Source: Gemmatimonas sp. (lineage in GTDB: Bacteria > Gemmatimonadota > Gemmatimonadetes > Gemmatimonadales > Gemmatimonadaceae). Taken from it: a DNA stretch of 64,000 nt. Position numbers and translations under genes: made by a program. The stretch spans positions 25,450 to 89,449 of the forward strand of contig JANNVQ010000017.1 in NCBI GenBank assembly GCA_031414535.1. Reading direction: 5' to 3'. The notes beneath the pieces were generated by a model. The model made no database searches and had not been told where the DNA came from. It was given only the letters and a program-made list of their open reading frames with translations. Position 1 is the stretch's first letter. The number at the start of each line of letters is the position of its first letter. Below are positions 26,909 through 36,323 of this stretch, piece by piece.

Positions 26909-27519
26909 TGGCAGAGTTTGTGTGGGCCACCGCGCAGTATGACAGCGGCGACTGGGACAGTGCGCCAATGGTCGCGCCAAATCTCATTGACTCCGTGGCG
27001 CGCTACACGACGATTGACGTGGCGCCCACCGGAGTCATTGTCCCGCTTGGCTCGCGCGATCTGTTTAAGTACCCGTTGGTGTTTCTTACGGGTCACTTGC
27101 CGGTGCGCTTCTCGGACGTGGAGCGCAGTACGCTCCGCGAGTACTGCCGGCGCGGCGGATTGCTGTTTGTGGACGATCACAACCACGACATCGACGGTGA
27201 GTTTCATCGGACCGCGTGGGAAGAGATTGCCAAGGCCGTCGCTCCGCTCAAGGACCTGCGCAACGATCATGAGATCTACCGGAGCTTCTTTACGTTCGCG
27301 GACGGGCCGCCCACGACCAGCCATGAGCTCAATGGTTGGGGCGACAATCTCGTGCACAAGCACCTACAGGCTGTAGAGCGCGACGGCCGCATCTGCGTGC
27401 TGTATAGCAGCAAGGACTACGCCTCGGAGTGGAATTACCATCCTGATAACAAGCGATTCCTCTCGCTCGACAACACACGCTTTGGCGTCAACGTGGTGGT
27501 GTATGCGCTCACCCGTTGA
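26908..27519 (+). CDS. DUF4159 family protein
   Basis: YDSGDWD, YPLVFLTGH, LREYCRRGGLLFVDD, HEIYRSFF, RFGVNVVVYALT. Confidence 0.88.
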   Translation: MAEFVWATAQYDSGDWDSAPMVAPNLIDSVARYTTIDVAPTGVIVPLGSRDLFKYPLVFLTGHLPVRFSDVERSTLREYCRRGGLLFVDDHNHDIDGEFHRTAWEEIAKAVAPLKDLRNDHEIYRSFFTFADGPPTTSHELNGWGDNLVHKHLQAVERDGRICVLYSSKDYASEWNYHPDNKRFLSLDNTRFGVNVVVYALTR

Positions 27520-28750
27520 GTCGCAACTGCGGCAGTCGCGCCGCGAGGGATTGCTGCGTGGCGTGGCCCTCGCCGCACTCGCGGCGGCAACGCTCGTGGC
27601 GGCCTGGCTCGCGATGCGCCCTGAAGTCACTGGCCCGCCGGCGCTTCGGGTGCAGTTCGAGACTCCGCCATCGGCCATCGCAAGGGATTCGCTCGCTGCG
27701 CTGGTTCGCGCGGGCCGTACCGTCACGTGGGAAGGAGACCTCGCGCCCTTAGCCGTGATGGCGGAGCCCGTGCGTGAGCCCGGCACGCGTTGGCGAATCG
27801 CGGCCGTGGGCAGCGCGCCGCTCATCGTGCGTGATTCCCTAGGCGTGATTGACTCACTCGGGGTGGCATCGGCGCTCACGCTCGAGCCCACGCGCGGACC
27901 CGTACAAATTGTGCAGGGCGGTACCCTAGCCTCCGTTGCGCCGCGAGAGATCGCGCCCCCGCGCCGCGCCATGGTGCTCGGCCGCGTGGGCTGGGAAGCG
28001 CGCTTCATTATTACGGCGCTGGAGGAGGCCGGTTGGAATGTGGACGCGAGGCTCGCACTCGGGCGCGAGCGTGAGGTGCGTCAAGGCGAGGGCAGCCCAC
28101 GATTGGAGCGGCACGATGTGGTGATCGTGACCGATTCCACGTCGGCCAATGCCAGCGCCGCATCGCTCGCGCGCTTCGCGCGTGCTGGTGGTGGGCTCCT
28201 CCTTGCTGGCGAAGCAGCGGCGGCGGGAGCTCCGGCCCTGCGCGCAATCACGGGCGCGCGCGTGCAGCGCATCGAAGAGCCCGAGACGGAATCCTTCGAA
28301 GGCCACGAACCCACGCACGCCCTGCCGCTCTTCGCGCTCAGCGCCATCGCGAGTGATGCGAGTCTGCTGGAAGACCGCGAAGGCACGCCAGCCATCGTCG
28401 CCCGGCGAGTGGAGGCGGGGCGGGTGATGCAGGTGGGCTACGCTGAGACGTGGCGTTGGCGCATGCAGGGTGAAGGGCGGAGTGTGGAAGAGCATCGCGC
28501 GTATTGGTCTCGACTCGCTGGCCTCGTGGCACGCGGTGAAGCGCGACCCGCCGCGCTCGTGGCCGATGCTCGCGAAGCTGCTCGAGACGCCGCGCCGCTC
28601 GCCGCACTCGTACACGCAATTGGCCCGCCGAGCGAAGCTGACGCATCTGCCGTACGCAACGGACCAACGCTCCCAGCTTGGCTCGGCCCCATCATCTTAT
28701 TAGCCCTGCTCGCTGAGTGGGGATCACGCCGCCGTAGAGGAGCCCCGTGA
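27503..28750 (+). CDS. Hypothetical membrane protein (GATase-like domain) of the MoxR operon
   Basis: N-terminal TM, WEARFI..ALE, FARAGGGLLLAG, GRVMQVGYAETWRWRM, HRAYWSRL, C-terminal LLAEWGSRRRRG. Confidence 0.7.
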   Translation: MRSPVESQLRQSRREGLLRGVALAALAAATLVAAWLAMRPEVTGPPALRVQFETPPSAIARDSLAALVRAGRTVTWEGDLAPLAVMAEPVREPGTRWRIAAVGSAPLIVRDSLGVIDSLGVASALTLEPTRGPVQIVQGGTLASVAPREIAPPRRAMVLGRVGWEARFIITALEEAGWNVDARLALGREREVRQGEGSPRLERHDVVIVTDSTSANASAASLARFARAGGGLLLAGEAAAAGAPALRAITGARVQRIEEPETESFEGHEPTHALPLFALSAIASDASLLEDREGTPAIVARRVEAGRVMQVGYAETWRWRMQGEGRSVEEHRAYWSRLAGLVARGEARPAALVADAREAARDAAPLAALVHAIGPPSEADASAVRNGPTLPAWLGPIILLALLAEWGSRRRRGAP

Positions 28751-29676
28751 CGGACAAGCTTGCGTTCATCTCGCACTCAGATTGTGGTCGTCACGACAAC
28801 GGATGGAAACATCCCGAGCACGTGGGCCGCGTGCGGGCCATCACGAGTGCCCTCAAGTACTCGCCGGATCTCTTCATGGCGATGGACTTGCTCGAAGGCC
28901 GCCATGCCACGGAGGCCGAGCTCGAGCTCTGCCACGACAAGGCGTACATCGCGGCCGTACGTGAGCTGAGCGAGCAGGGTGGCGGCCGCTTCGATGCGGA
29001 CACCGTGGTGAGCGAAGGCAGCTGGGACGCCGCGCGGGCGGCTGCGGGCTGCGTCCTCGATGCCGTGGAGCGTGCAATGGACGGACGGAACCTCCGCAGC
29101 TTCTGCGCCGTGCGTCCACCGGGACATCACGCGCTTCGCGCCCAGGGCATGGGATTCTGCCTGTTTGGCAACGCGGCTATCGGGGCCAAACACGCGCTCG
29201 CCCGCGGAGCGGAGCGCGTGCTTATCGTGGACTGGGACGTACATCATGGCAACGGTACCCAGGCATTGGTTGAGGATGACCCGCGTATCCACTTCGTCTC
29301 GATGCATCAGTGGCCATGGTATCCCGGCAGCGGGGCAGCTGAGGACCGGGGTCCGCACGGAAGCCTTTGGAACGTGCCGATGGCGGCCGGACTTGAGGCT
29401 CCCGCCTACCTCGGTGCGCTCTTTGCGGCGGTGGATGCTGCCACGGAAGGCTGGACGCCGGACCTCGTGCTCGTGTCGAGCGGCTTCGATTCCATGGCCC
29501 GGGATCCGCTTGGCGGGTTCACCCTAGAGCTTGAGGACATCGGCACGCTGACGCGCGAGCTTGTCGCACGGGCGACGCGTTGGTGCGGGGGCCGGCTCGT
29601 CAGTGCCCTCGAGGGTGGTTACGACCCTCAGCGCGTGGGTGCGGGCGTCATCGCGCACCTTGAGGCGCTGCGGTAG
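28747..29676 (+). CDS. Histone deacetylase family (Zn-dependent amidohydrolase)
   Basis: HPE, RPPGHHA, GFCLFGN, DWDVHHGNGTQ, SGFD, LEGGY. Confidence 0.95.
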   Translation: MTDKLAFISHSDCGRHDNGWKHPEHVGRVRAITSALKYSPDLFMAMDLLEGRHATEAELELCHDKAYIAAVRELSEQGGGRFDADTVVSEGSWDAARAAAGCVLDAVERAMDGRNLRSFCAVRPPGHHALRAQGMGFCLFGNAAIGAKHALARGAERVLIVDWDVHHGNGTQALVEDDPRIHFVSMHQWPWYPGSGAAEDRGPHGSLWNVPMAAGLEAPAYLGALFAAVDAATEGWTPDLVLVSSGFDSMARDPLGGFTLELEDIGTLTRELVARATRWCGGRLVSALEGGYDPQRVGAGVIAHLEALR

Positions 29677-29686
29677 CTTCTTAGGC

Positions 29687-30733
29687 ATGGCCAAAAAACG
29701 ACGTTCGCTCCGCCTCGCTAAGCATGAGATTCATAGCACACCGCAGCCTGCCGAGCGCCCGCGAAGCTGGTATCGCGATGCCGACGGTGTGCTGAAGACC
29801 GACCTGGATCCGCGCGACATGCCGGCCATTCTTGCGGCTGGGACGGGCACGCTGTGGGTCGATATCAATACCGAAAGCAAAACGCAGCACGCACTGCTCG
29901 CGGACGTCTTCAAGTTTCACCCGCTGAGCATCGAAGACACCACCTCCAGCGAGGGACGCGTAAAGTTCGAGGAGTTCCCTACGTACGCCTTCGCCGTGGT
30001 GCGCGCGGTGCGCTTCGCCGATGAGACGCCCGAACTGTATGACATCGAGACGTTCAACCTCTGGACCTTTGTGGGACAGAATTTCGTGGTCACGGTACAC
30101 GGGCCACACTCACCAGGCGTGGACACCGCAATTACCCGTCTGGGTCGAGACGCGCAGCTGCTCGCGCACGGTCCGGGGCGCTTGATGCACCAGATTCTCG
30201 ACGCCACGGTGGACGCGTACTTCCCTGTCCTCGACCAACTCGACGAGTTCGTTGATGGTCTCGAGGAGCGCGTGTTTGTGCACTTCGATCAGGAGGCCCT
30301 GCGCGACATCTTTTCTGTGAAGCGGCTCGTGCTCACGCTGCGTCGCCACTTGGCTCCGATGCGCGAAGTGTTCAACACGCTCCAGAGCCGCCCGTCTGCG
30401 CATATCTCGCCTGAAACGCAGATTTACTTCCGCGATGTGTACGATCACGTCATCCGGCTCAACGAGTCGCTCGATACGTATCGCGACCTGCTGTCGAGCA
30501 CGCTCGACTCGTATCTGACACAGATTTCGAACCGCATGGGCATGGTGACCAAGGGCCTGAGCGTGGTCGCGACGCTCAGCGTGCCCTTCGTCGTGGTGAG
30601 TGGCATGTGGGGAATGAATTTTGCCCACATCCCGCTGTCTGACGCCCCAAGCGGCTTCTGGCTAATGCTGGCCTTGCAGCTTGGGCTCGGCGCGCTGCTG
30701 CTCTGGGTACTCCGCCGCAATCGTTGGCTCTAG
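29687..30733 (+). CDS. corA: Magnesium/cobalt transporter CorA
   Basis: FHPLSIED, YFRDVYDH, GMWGMNF signature and two C-terminal TMs. ATG 29687. Confidence 0.93.
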   Translation: MAKKRRSLRLAKHEIHSTPQPAERPRSWYRDADGVLKTDLDPRDMPAILAAGTGTLWVDINTESKTQHALLADVFKFHPLSIEDTTSSEGRVKFEEFPTYAFAVVRAVRFADETPELYDIETFNLWTFVGQNFVVTVHGPHSPGVDTAITRLGRDAQLLAHGPGRLMHQILDATVDAYFPVLDQLDEFVDGLEERVFVHFDQEALRDIFSVKRLVLTLRRHLAPMREVFNTLQSRPSAHISPETQIYFRDVYDHVIRLNESLDTYRDLLSSTLDSYLTQISNRMGMVTKGLSVVATLSVPFVVVSGMWGMNFAHIPLSDAPSGFWLMLALQLGLGALLLWVLRRNRWL

Positions 30734-30743
30734 ATTACATCCT

Positions 30744-31721
30744 GTGTTCTGCCCTGACTGCGGTACCTGGAATCGCAGCGCCCTGCGCCAATGTGCGCAG
30801 TGCGCCCGCAACCTCCCCGACCTGCCCTCGGCGGTGGATGCGCCGGATCATCTCATCACCTCGCTGCGGCACGCCACGGGGCACCGGTATCGCATCGTGC
30901 GCCGCATTGGCGCCGGCGGTATGGCCGACGTGTACGAAGCCCGCCACCATCTTCTTGACCGCCCGCTCGCCGTCAAGGTGATGCACGCGCACTTGGCCCG
31001 CGATCAAGAAATGCGTCTGCGCTTTAAGCGTGAGGCCGAGGCCGCAAGTCGCCTGCTGCATCCATTCATCTGTGCGCCGCTCGACTACGGCGAAACAGAA
31101 GACGCCGTCTACCTCGTGCTGCCATACCTCGGCGGCGGTTGTCTCGCCGACGACTTGATGCGCACGCGCACTGTCGCCGCGCCACGAGCAGCGCGCATAG
31201 CAGCACAGGTTGCCACGGCCCTCGATTACTCAGCACGACAGGGCGTGATTCACCGCGATGTGAAGCCGGACAATGTGCTCTTCGACACCGACGGCAACGC
31301 CATCCTCACGGACTTCGGCATCGCCACCGCGTACTTCCACGGCCGCATGACGGCCGGAGGTCGCGCGATGGGTACGCCGCACTACATGGCGCCCGAGCAG
31401 GCGATGGGCCGCTTTGTGGACGGACGTGCCGATCTCTACGCGGTCGGCGTCATGCTCTACGAATGTCTCTCGGGGGCCACACCATTTGACGGCCCGGATG
31501 GCTATGCCATCGGCTACAAGCATGTGCACGAGTTGCCGAAGCCCATCCTCGAGGCGGCGCCCGATACCCCAAGCGGTCTGACTGATATCGTGATGGCGCT
31601 CTTGGAGAAGGACCCGAACGCGCGCTACCAGCGCGGGCACGACGTCGCCGAGGCCATCTACCATTGGATGCACGAGACGGGCATCCGAGAGGAATCGCCG
31701 GCTCGCGCATCGCGAGGTTAG
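30744..31721 (+). CDS. Soluble Hanks-type Ser/Thr kinase with N-terminal double zinc ribbon
   Basis: CPDC..CAQC, GAGGMA, AVK, HRDVKPDN, DFG, GTPHYMAPE. No TM. Confidence 0.92.
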   Translation: MFCPDCGTWNRSALRQCAQCARNLPDLPSAVDAPDHLITSLRHATGHRYRIVRRIGAGGMADVYEARHHLLDRPLAVKVMHAHLARDQEMRLRFKREAEAASRLLHPFICAPLDYGETEDAVYLVLPYLGGGCLADDLMRTRTVAAPRAARIAAQVATALDYSARQGVIHRDVKPDNVLFDTDGNAILTDFGIATAYFHGRMTAGGRAMGTPHYMAPEQAMGRFVDGRADLYAVGVMLYECLSGATPFDGPDGYAIGYKHVHELPKPILEAAPDTPSGLTDIVMALLEKDPNARYQRGHDVAEAIYHWMHETGIREESPARASRG

Positions 31722-31722
31722 C

Positions 31723-33996
31723 GTGAACACGGCGGCTCTTATCAGCACGCGCTTGGTGGAAATCGCGTTGCCGCTGCCGCTCCTCCGCACCTTCACCTAT
31801 GCGGTCCCCGAAAAGGCGCGTCACCCGCTCTACCCGGGCAGCCGCGTCGTGGCCCCGGTGCGGGGCAAGCGCGTCATTGGCATCTGCGTTGGTGAGAGCG
31901 ACGGCGTCTCGCTCGGCGAGAAGGAAGCCAAGTCGCTCCTCGACGTGCCCGATGCCGCGCCCTCGCTGCCGCCAGACCTGCTGCGCGTCTGCCGATGGAT
32001 CAGCGACTACTACATCGCGCCGCTCGGCCTCGTTTGCCGCGCGGTGCTACCCGCCGCACTCGGGAGCGCCGCGAAGCCAGACGCGCCAGGAAGAGAAGAG
32101 CGCCTGCTCGTCATCGCCAAGGAATTGCCAACCCTGCTCGCCCGTGATGAAGCCTTCAAGCGGGCTCCGCAGCAGCGCCAGCTCTTCGAACTGCTTGAGC
32201 AACTCGGCGGCCGCGCACCACTCTCGCTGCTCATGGAACAGCTCGGCTGCACCCAGTCAGTCGCGCAGGGCTTGGTCAAGCGCGGTCTCGCGAACATTGC
32301 GCGTGCGAGTCGCATCCGCGATCCCTTCGCGTCGCGCACGCCTCCGAGACCCGCGGCGGTCAGGCCCACCGACGCCCAGCGCGATGCCATCAGCGCAATC
32401 ACGGCATCGGCGCCGGGGGCTGTCACCCTCTTGCACGGCATCACCGGAAGCGGGAAGACGCTCGTGTATCTCGAAGTGCTCAAGCGAGTGGTGCTCGAGC
32501 AAGGCAAGTCGGCAATCGTGCTGGTGCCGGAGATTGCGCTCACGCCACAGGCCGTGGACCGCTTCCGTGCTGTATTCGGCGATCAGGTGGCGGTGCTGCA
32601 TTCTGGGCTCAGCGATGGCGAACGGCTCGATGCTTGGCGTGCGCTCCAGCGCGGCGAGCGGCGTATCGCGGTGGGCGCGCGTTCGGCGGTCTTTGCGCCG
32701 CTGCCAAACCTCGGCGCCATCATCGTGGATGAAGAACACGAGTCGAGCTACAAGCAGGCCGAGACGCCACGCTATCACGCGCGCGAGGTGGCCATCGTGC
32801 GCGCACGCGAAGCCGGCGCTGTCTGCGTGCTCGGCAGCGCCACGCCCTCGCTCGAAACCTGGGTCAACGCACGCGAGGGCCGCTACGCGCTGATTTCACT
32901 TCCCGAACGGGTCGGTGGTGGCGCGCTTCCCACGGTCCGCATCCTCGATTTGCGCAGCGAACTCCGCGCCGCTGCTCCGGAAGATCGCGCCCGACGCCAA
33001 GTGCTCAGTGGTGAGCTTGAGAAGGGTCTCAGAGACCGACTGGAGCGGAAGGAACAAAGCATTCTGCTCCTTAACCGTCGTGGTTATGCGAGTTTTGTGC
33101 AATGTGATGAAGGCCACGTTGCGGTTTGTCCCAACTGTTCTATCTCGCTCACCTACCACCGCACGCCTGAGCGCTTGGTCTGCCACTACTGCCTGCACCA
33201 AGAAGACGCCGCGAAGGCCTGCAGTGACTGCGGTCAAGCCCTCAAGCGCCAACGGGGACTTGGCACGCAGCAAGTGGAGCGGCTTCTGCTCGAGCGGCTC
33301 CCGGAGGCGCGTGTGGCGCGCATGGATGTGGACACGACGAGCGGGAAGTGGGCGCATACAGCCATCCTCGACCGCGTGGCGAGTGGCGAAGTGGACATCC
33401 TGCTTGGCACGCAGATGATCGCCAAAGGACTCGATTTCCCCAACGTGACGCTGGTCGGCGTGATTGATGCAGACATCGGCATTAACCTGCCCGACTTCCG
33501 CGCGAGCGAACGCAGTTTCCAGTTGTTGAGCCAAGTGGCGGGCCGTGCCGGACGCGGGCCGAAGGGCGGGGAAGTGGTGATTCAGACACGTGTGCCTTCC
33601 CATCACGCGTTGCGCTGCGCCATGACGCACGACTATCACGGCTTCGTCGCTGAGGAACTGCCGGCGCGGGAGTCGCCACCGTATCCGCCCACGTTGCGCT
33701 TAGCCAACGTCGTGGTCAGTGGAGTGGACGAGGGCGCGGTGGCACAGTTCGCCACTGAGGTGGCGGACTGGATTATCAAGGCCGATCTCAAGTTCGGGCT
33801 GGGCGTGACGGTGCTGGGGCCAGCGCCCTGTCCCTTGGAGCGCATCAAGAACCGCTGGCGCTGGCACGTGGTCCTCAAGAGCACGCAGCCGGGGCCGCTG
33901 ACCCGCCTGCTCCGCGGCCTCGCGGAAGGCGTGGATGTTCCAGCGCATCACGAGCTCCGCTTGATGGCGGACCGAGACCCGGTCACCCTGCTTTAG
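31723..33996 (+). CDS. priA: Primosomal protein N' (replication restart helicase)
   Basis: GITGSGKT, LVPEIALTPQ, DEEH, GSATPS, LNRRG, Cys-rich region, GTQMIAKGLDFP, QVAGRAGR. Confidence 0.97.
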   Translation: MNTAALISTRLVEIALPLPLLRTFTYAVPEKARHPLYPGSRVVAPVRGKRVIGICVGESDGVSLGEKEAKSLLDVPDAAPSLPPDLLRVCRWISDYYIAPLGLVCRAVLPAALGSAAKPDAPGREERLLVIAKELPTLLARDEAFKRAPQQRQLFELLEQLGGRAPLSLLMEQLGCTQSVAQGLVKRGLANIARASRIRDPFASRTPPRPAAVRPTDAQRDAISAITASAPGAVTLLHGITGSGKTLVYLEVLKRVVLEQGKSAIVLVPEIALTPQAVDRFRAVFGDQVAVLHSGLSDGERLDAWRALQRGERRIAVGARSAVFAPLPNLGAIIVDEEHESSYKQAETPRYHAREVAIVRAREAGAVCVLGSATPSLETWVNAREGRYALISLPERVGGGALPTVRILDLRSELRAAAPEDRARRQVLSGELEKGLRDRLERKEQSILLLNRRGYASFVQCDEGHVAVCPNCSISLTYHRTPERLVCHYCLHQEDAAKACSDCGQALKRQRGLGTQQVERLLLERLPEARVARMDVDTTSGKWAHTAILDRVASGEVDILLGTQMIAKGLDFPNVTLVGVIDADIGINLPDFRASERSFQLLSQVAGRAGRGPKGGEVVIQTRVPSHHALRCAMTHDYHGFVAEELPARESPPYPPTLRLANVVVSGVDEGAVAQFATEVADWIIKADLKFGLGVTVLGPAPCPLERIKNRWRWHVVLKSTQPGPLTRLLRGLAEGVDVPAHHELRLMADRDPVTLL

Positions 33997-34040
33997 CCGC
34001 CGAGGGTACCATCTCGCCCCGCTGAGAGCGAGATTTCAGA

Positions 34041-34520
34041 ATGACGCAGAGCATTCCTCTCGGATCTGACGCGCGCGAGCGCTTTTTGCTGGAAATCGCG
34101 GCCGTGGTCCCGCCGCACCGCGTGTCGGAGGTGCACTTCTTCGCCCCCCTTCGCCAAGGGCCGATGGAGACCGGCGTGGCTGTTGTCGCGGCGATGCCAG
34201 AGGGTGCCTTGGAGCAGGAGGCCCCCGTGGACGCCGATGCCGCTCCGATTGAGGAACCGCAGTATCCCGAAGGCGCGCATTTATCCGCGCGTCACGTGGT
34301 CTACTCCGCAAGCTACCGCTGGACGCGCAAAGGACCCGAGCGCGGGAAGTGGGAGAGCGAAGTGGTGGCCGAGGCTGATGCCCCGTTGCTCACGGTGGAG
34401 ACGGTCGTGAAGGGTGTGATGCAGCGTTCGTCCGATCCGCTGGCGGTGGAGAAGCTTGACGGCGATACGATTCGCGCGATGATTGAAAAGGCGCAGCAGC
34501 GGTGGCCGACCACTCCGTAA
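34041..34520 (+). CDS. Hypothetical protein
   Basis: Fills the gap between priA and fur, codon usage looks coding, overlaps fur. Confidence 0.75.
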   Translation: MTQSIPLGSDARERFLLEIAAVVPPHRVSEVHFFAPLRQGPMETGVAVVAAMPEGALEQEAPVDADAAPIEEPQYPEGAHLSARHVVYSASYRWTRKGPERGKWESEVVAEADAPLLTVETVVKGVMQRSSDPLAVEKLDGDTIRAMIEKAQQRWPTTP

Positions 34521-34981
34521 CGGCCGGCTTCGTGCAGTACCTGCGCGAGCACAATCTGCCCGTGACGGCGCAGCGGCTCGCCATCGCTGAGGTATTGCTC
34601 GGTGCTGATCGGCATCTGTCCGCGGAGGAAATCGCTGAGGCGGTGAGCGAGAGTGGTCGCAAGGTGGGCACGGCGACGGTGTACCGCACGATTGATACGC
34701 TGCTGGAAAGCGGGCTTATTGTGGAGCGAGACTTCGGTGAGGGGTTTCGTCGCTTCGAGGCCGCACGCGACGTTCCGAATCACGAACATCTGGTCTGCAC
34801 GCAGTGCGGCAAGGTCGAGGAGTTTCGCGACGAGCGTCTTGATCGCATGACAACGATCGTGGCCGAATCGCGCGGCTTTGCGCGCCAGCGGCACCGACTC
34901 ATCATCCATGGTGTGTGCCGCGAGTGCCAGCGTGGCGCCGCACCAGTCACTCCATCGCCCACCCCCTGGGGACGTCGGTAA
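34502..34981 (+). CDS. fur: Fur-family metalloregulator
   Basis: TAQRLAI, HLSAEEI, ATVYRT, HEHLVCTQCG, CREC. Confidence 0.93.
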   Translation: MADHSVTAGFVQYLREHNLPVTAQRLAIAEVLLGADRHLSAEEIAEAVSESGRKVGTATVYRTIDTLLESGLIVERDFGEGFRRFEAARDVPNHEHLVCTQCGKVEEFRDERLDRMTTIVAESRGFARQRHRLIIHGVCRECQRGAAPVTPSPTPWGRR

Positions 34982-34983
34982 TC

Positions 34984-35712
34984 GTGGAATCCACTGCTAC
35001 GCTCGGACTCTTCATCGCATTTGGCGCCGGCCTGCTCAGCTTCTTGAGCCCCTGCGTGCTCCCGCTCGTCCCGAGTTACGTCACCTTCATCACGGGGATG
35101 AACCTCGAGGACCTGCAAACCTCGCGCCGCGACACGCTCGTGCACGCGTTGCTGTTCATCGCTGGGTTCACGCTGATTTTCATGGCGCTTGGCGCCGGCG
35201 CCACGGTGTTCGGTCAGATCATGATCCGCTACCGCGATGTCATCAGCCGGACGGGCGGCGTGCTCATCATCATCTTCGGTCTTTACCTACTCGGCGTGTT
35301 CAATCTCTCCTTCTTGATGAAGGACACGCGCCTGCATTTGGCCAATAAGCCGTTGGGTTACTTCGGTACTGTCGTGGTCGGAATCGCCTTTGGCGCGGGC
35401 TGGTCGCCCTGCATCGGTCCAATCCTTGGCGCCATCCTCACGATGGCCGCGAACGAAGCGGATCTCGGACGGGGGATGCTGCTGCTCTTCGTGTATTCAG
35501 CGGGCTTGGCGGTGCCATTCCTTGCTGCGGCGCTGATGGTGGAGCGCTTCCTGGCGCTGTTCGCCAAGGTGCGGCGCTACATGGTGTGGGTGAACCGCAC
35601 GGCGGGCGCGCTACTCATCTTCGTGGGCGTGTTGATGGTGACCAACCGCTTCACGCTGCTCGCCAACTGGCTGCAGGGGTTCACGCCCGAGTTCATTCTC
35701 AACCGCATCTAG
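34984..35712 (+). CDS. ccdA: Cytochrome c biogenesis / thiol-disulfide transporter CcdA
   Basis: AGLLSFLSPCVLPLVP and GWSPCIGPILG, about 6 TMs. Confidence 0.93.
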   Translation: MESTATLGLFIAFGAGLLSFLSPCVLPLVPSYVTFITGMNLEDLQTSRRDTLVHALLFIAGFTLIFMALGAGATVFGQIMIRYRDVISRTGGVLIIIFGLYLLGVFNLSFLMKDTRLHLANKPLGYFGTVVVGIAFGAGWSPCIGPILGAILTMAANEADLGRGMLLLFVYSAGLAVPFLAAALMVERFLALFAKVRRYMVWVNRTAGALLIFVGVLMVTNRFTLLANWLQGFTPEFILNRI

Positions 35713-35720
35713 CGCGGGCA

Positions 35721-35769
35721 GAAAAGACGAAGCCCCGCGGCGCTCTGCGCCGCGGGGCTTCGTCTTTTC
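35721..35769. terminator. Bidirectional intrinsic terminator between convergent genes
   Basis: Perfect 23-bp inverted repeat GAAAAGACGAAGCCCCGCGGCGC-tct-GCGCCGCGGGGCTTCGTCTTTTC. Confidence 0.88.
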
Positions 35770-35783
35770 CTGAGGAACGAGGC

Positions 35784-36296
35784 TTAGCGCCAGAAGACGC
35801 TGAGGCCGAAGCGTGCGCCGAGCACGGTGTCACTGTACGAGTCGCCGTCGCGCAGGGTGCCTGCGAATGCCATTGAGACCTTCGGGCTGATTGCGCTCTT
35901 GTAGCCGATGTCGGCACCGAAGTCGATGCCTGCATCCACGTCAGTGACCTTGGAGATCATCACGCCTGGCGACAGGAAGAGTCCATTGTGGCCGCGGTCG
36001 CCAGCGAGATAGAAGGGGGCGAAGACGCCCAACGTGAGTCTCGAACTGCTCGAGCCAACGTCCGGTGAGAAGTAGTTCAAGCCAAGGGTCGGTTCCAGTG
36101 CGAGCTTGTCGTTGAGATAGACGCCAAGTGCGACTGTGCCCGGGATGCCGACGCCGAGCGCCGTATTGCCGTTCGCGGTCTGAAGATTCAAGAGGTCAAC
36201 GCGGATTTCCTCAATCTTCAACTGCGCCTGCGCCACAGAAGCCGAAACTGCCACAAGCGAAGCAACTGCAACCGCACGACGAAAAACTGACAGCAT
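35784..36296 (-). CDS. Small outer-membrane beta-barrel protein
   Basis: Signal peptide ..AQA-Q, alternating amphipathic strands, aromatic C-terminus GLSVFWR. Confidence 0.75.
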   Translation of the reverse strand: MLSVFRRAVAVASLVAVSASVAQAQLKIEEIRVDLLNLQTANGNTALGVGIPGTVALGVYLNDKLALEPTLGLNYFSPDVGSSSSRLTLGVFAPFYLAGDRGHNGLFLSPGVMISKVTDVDAGIDFGADIGYKSAISPKVSMAFAGTLRDGDSYSDTVLGARFGLSVFWR

Positions 36297-36323
36297 TTGG
36301 TTTCCCCCAAGAGGAATGAAGAG

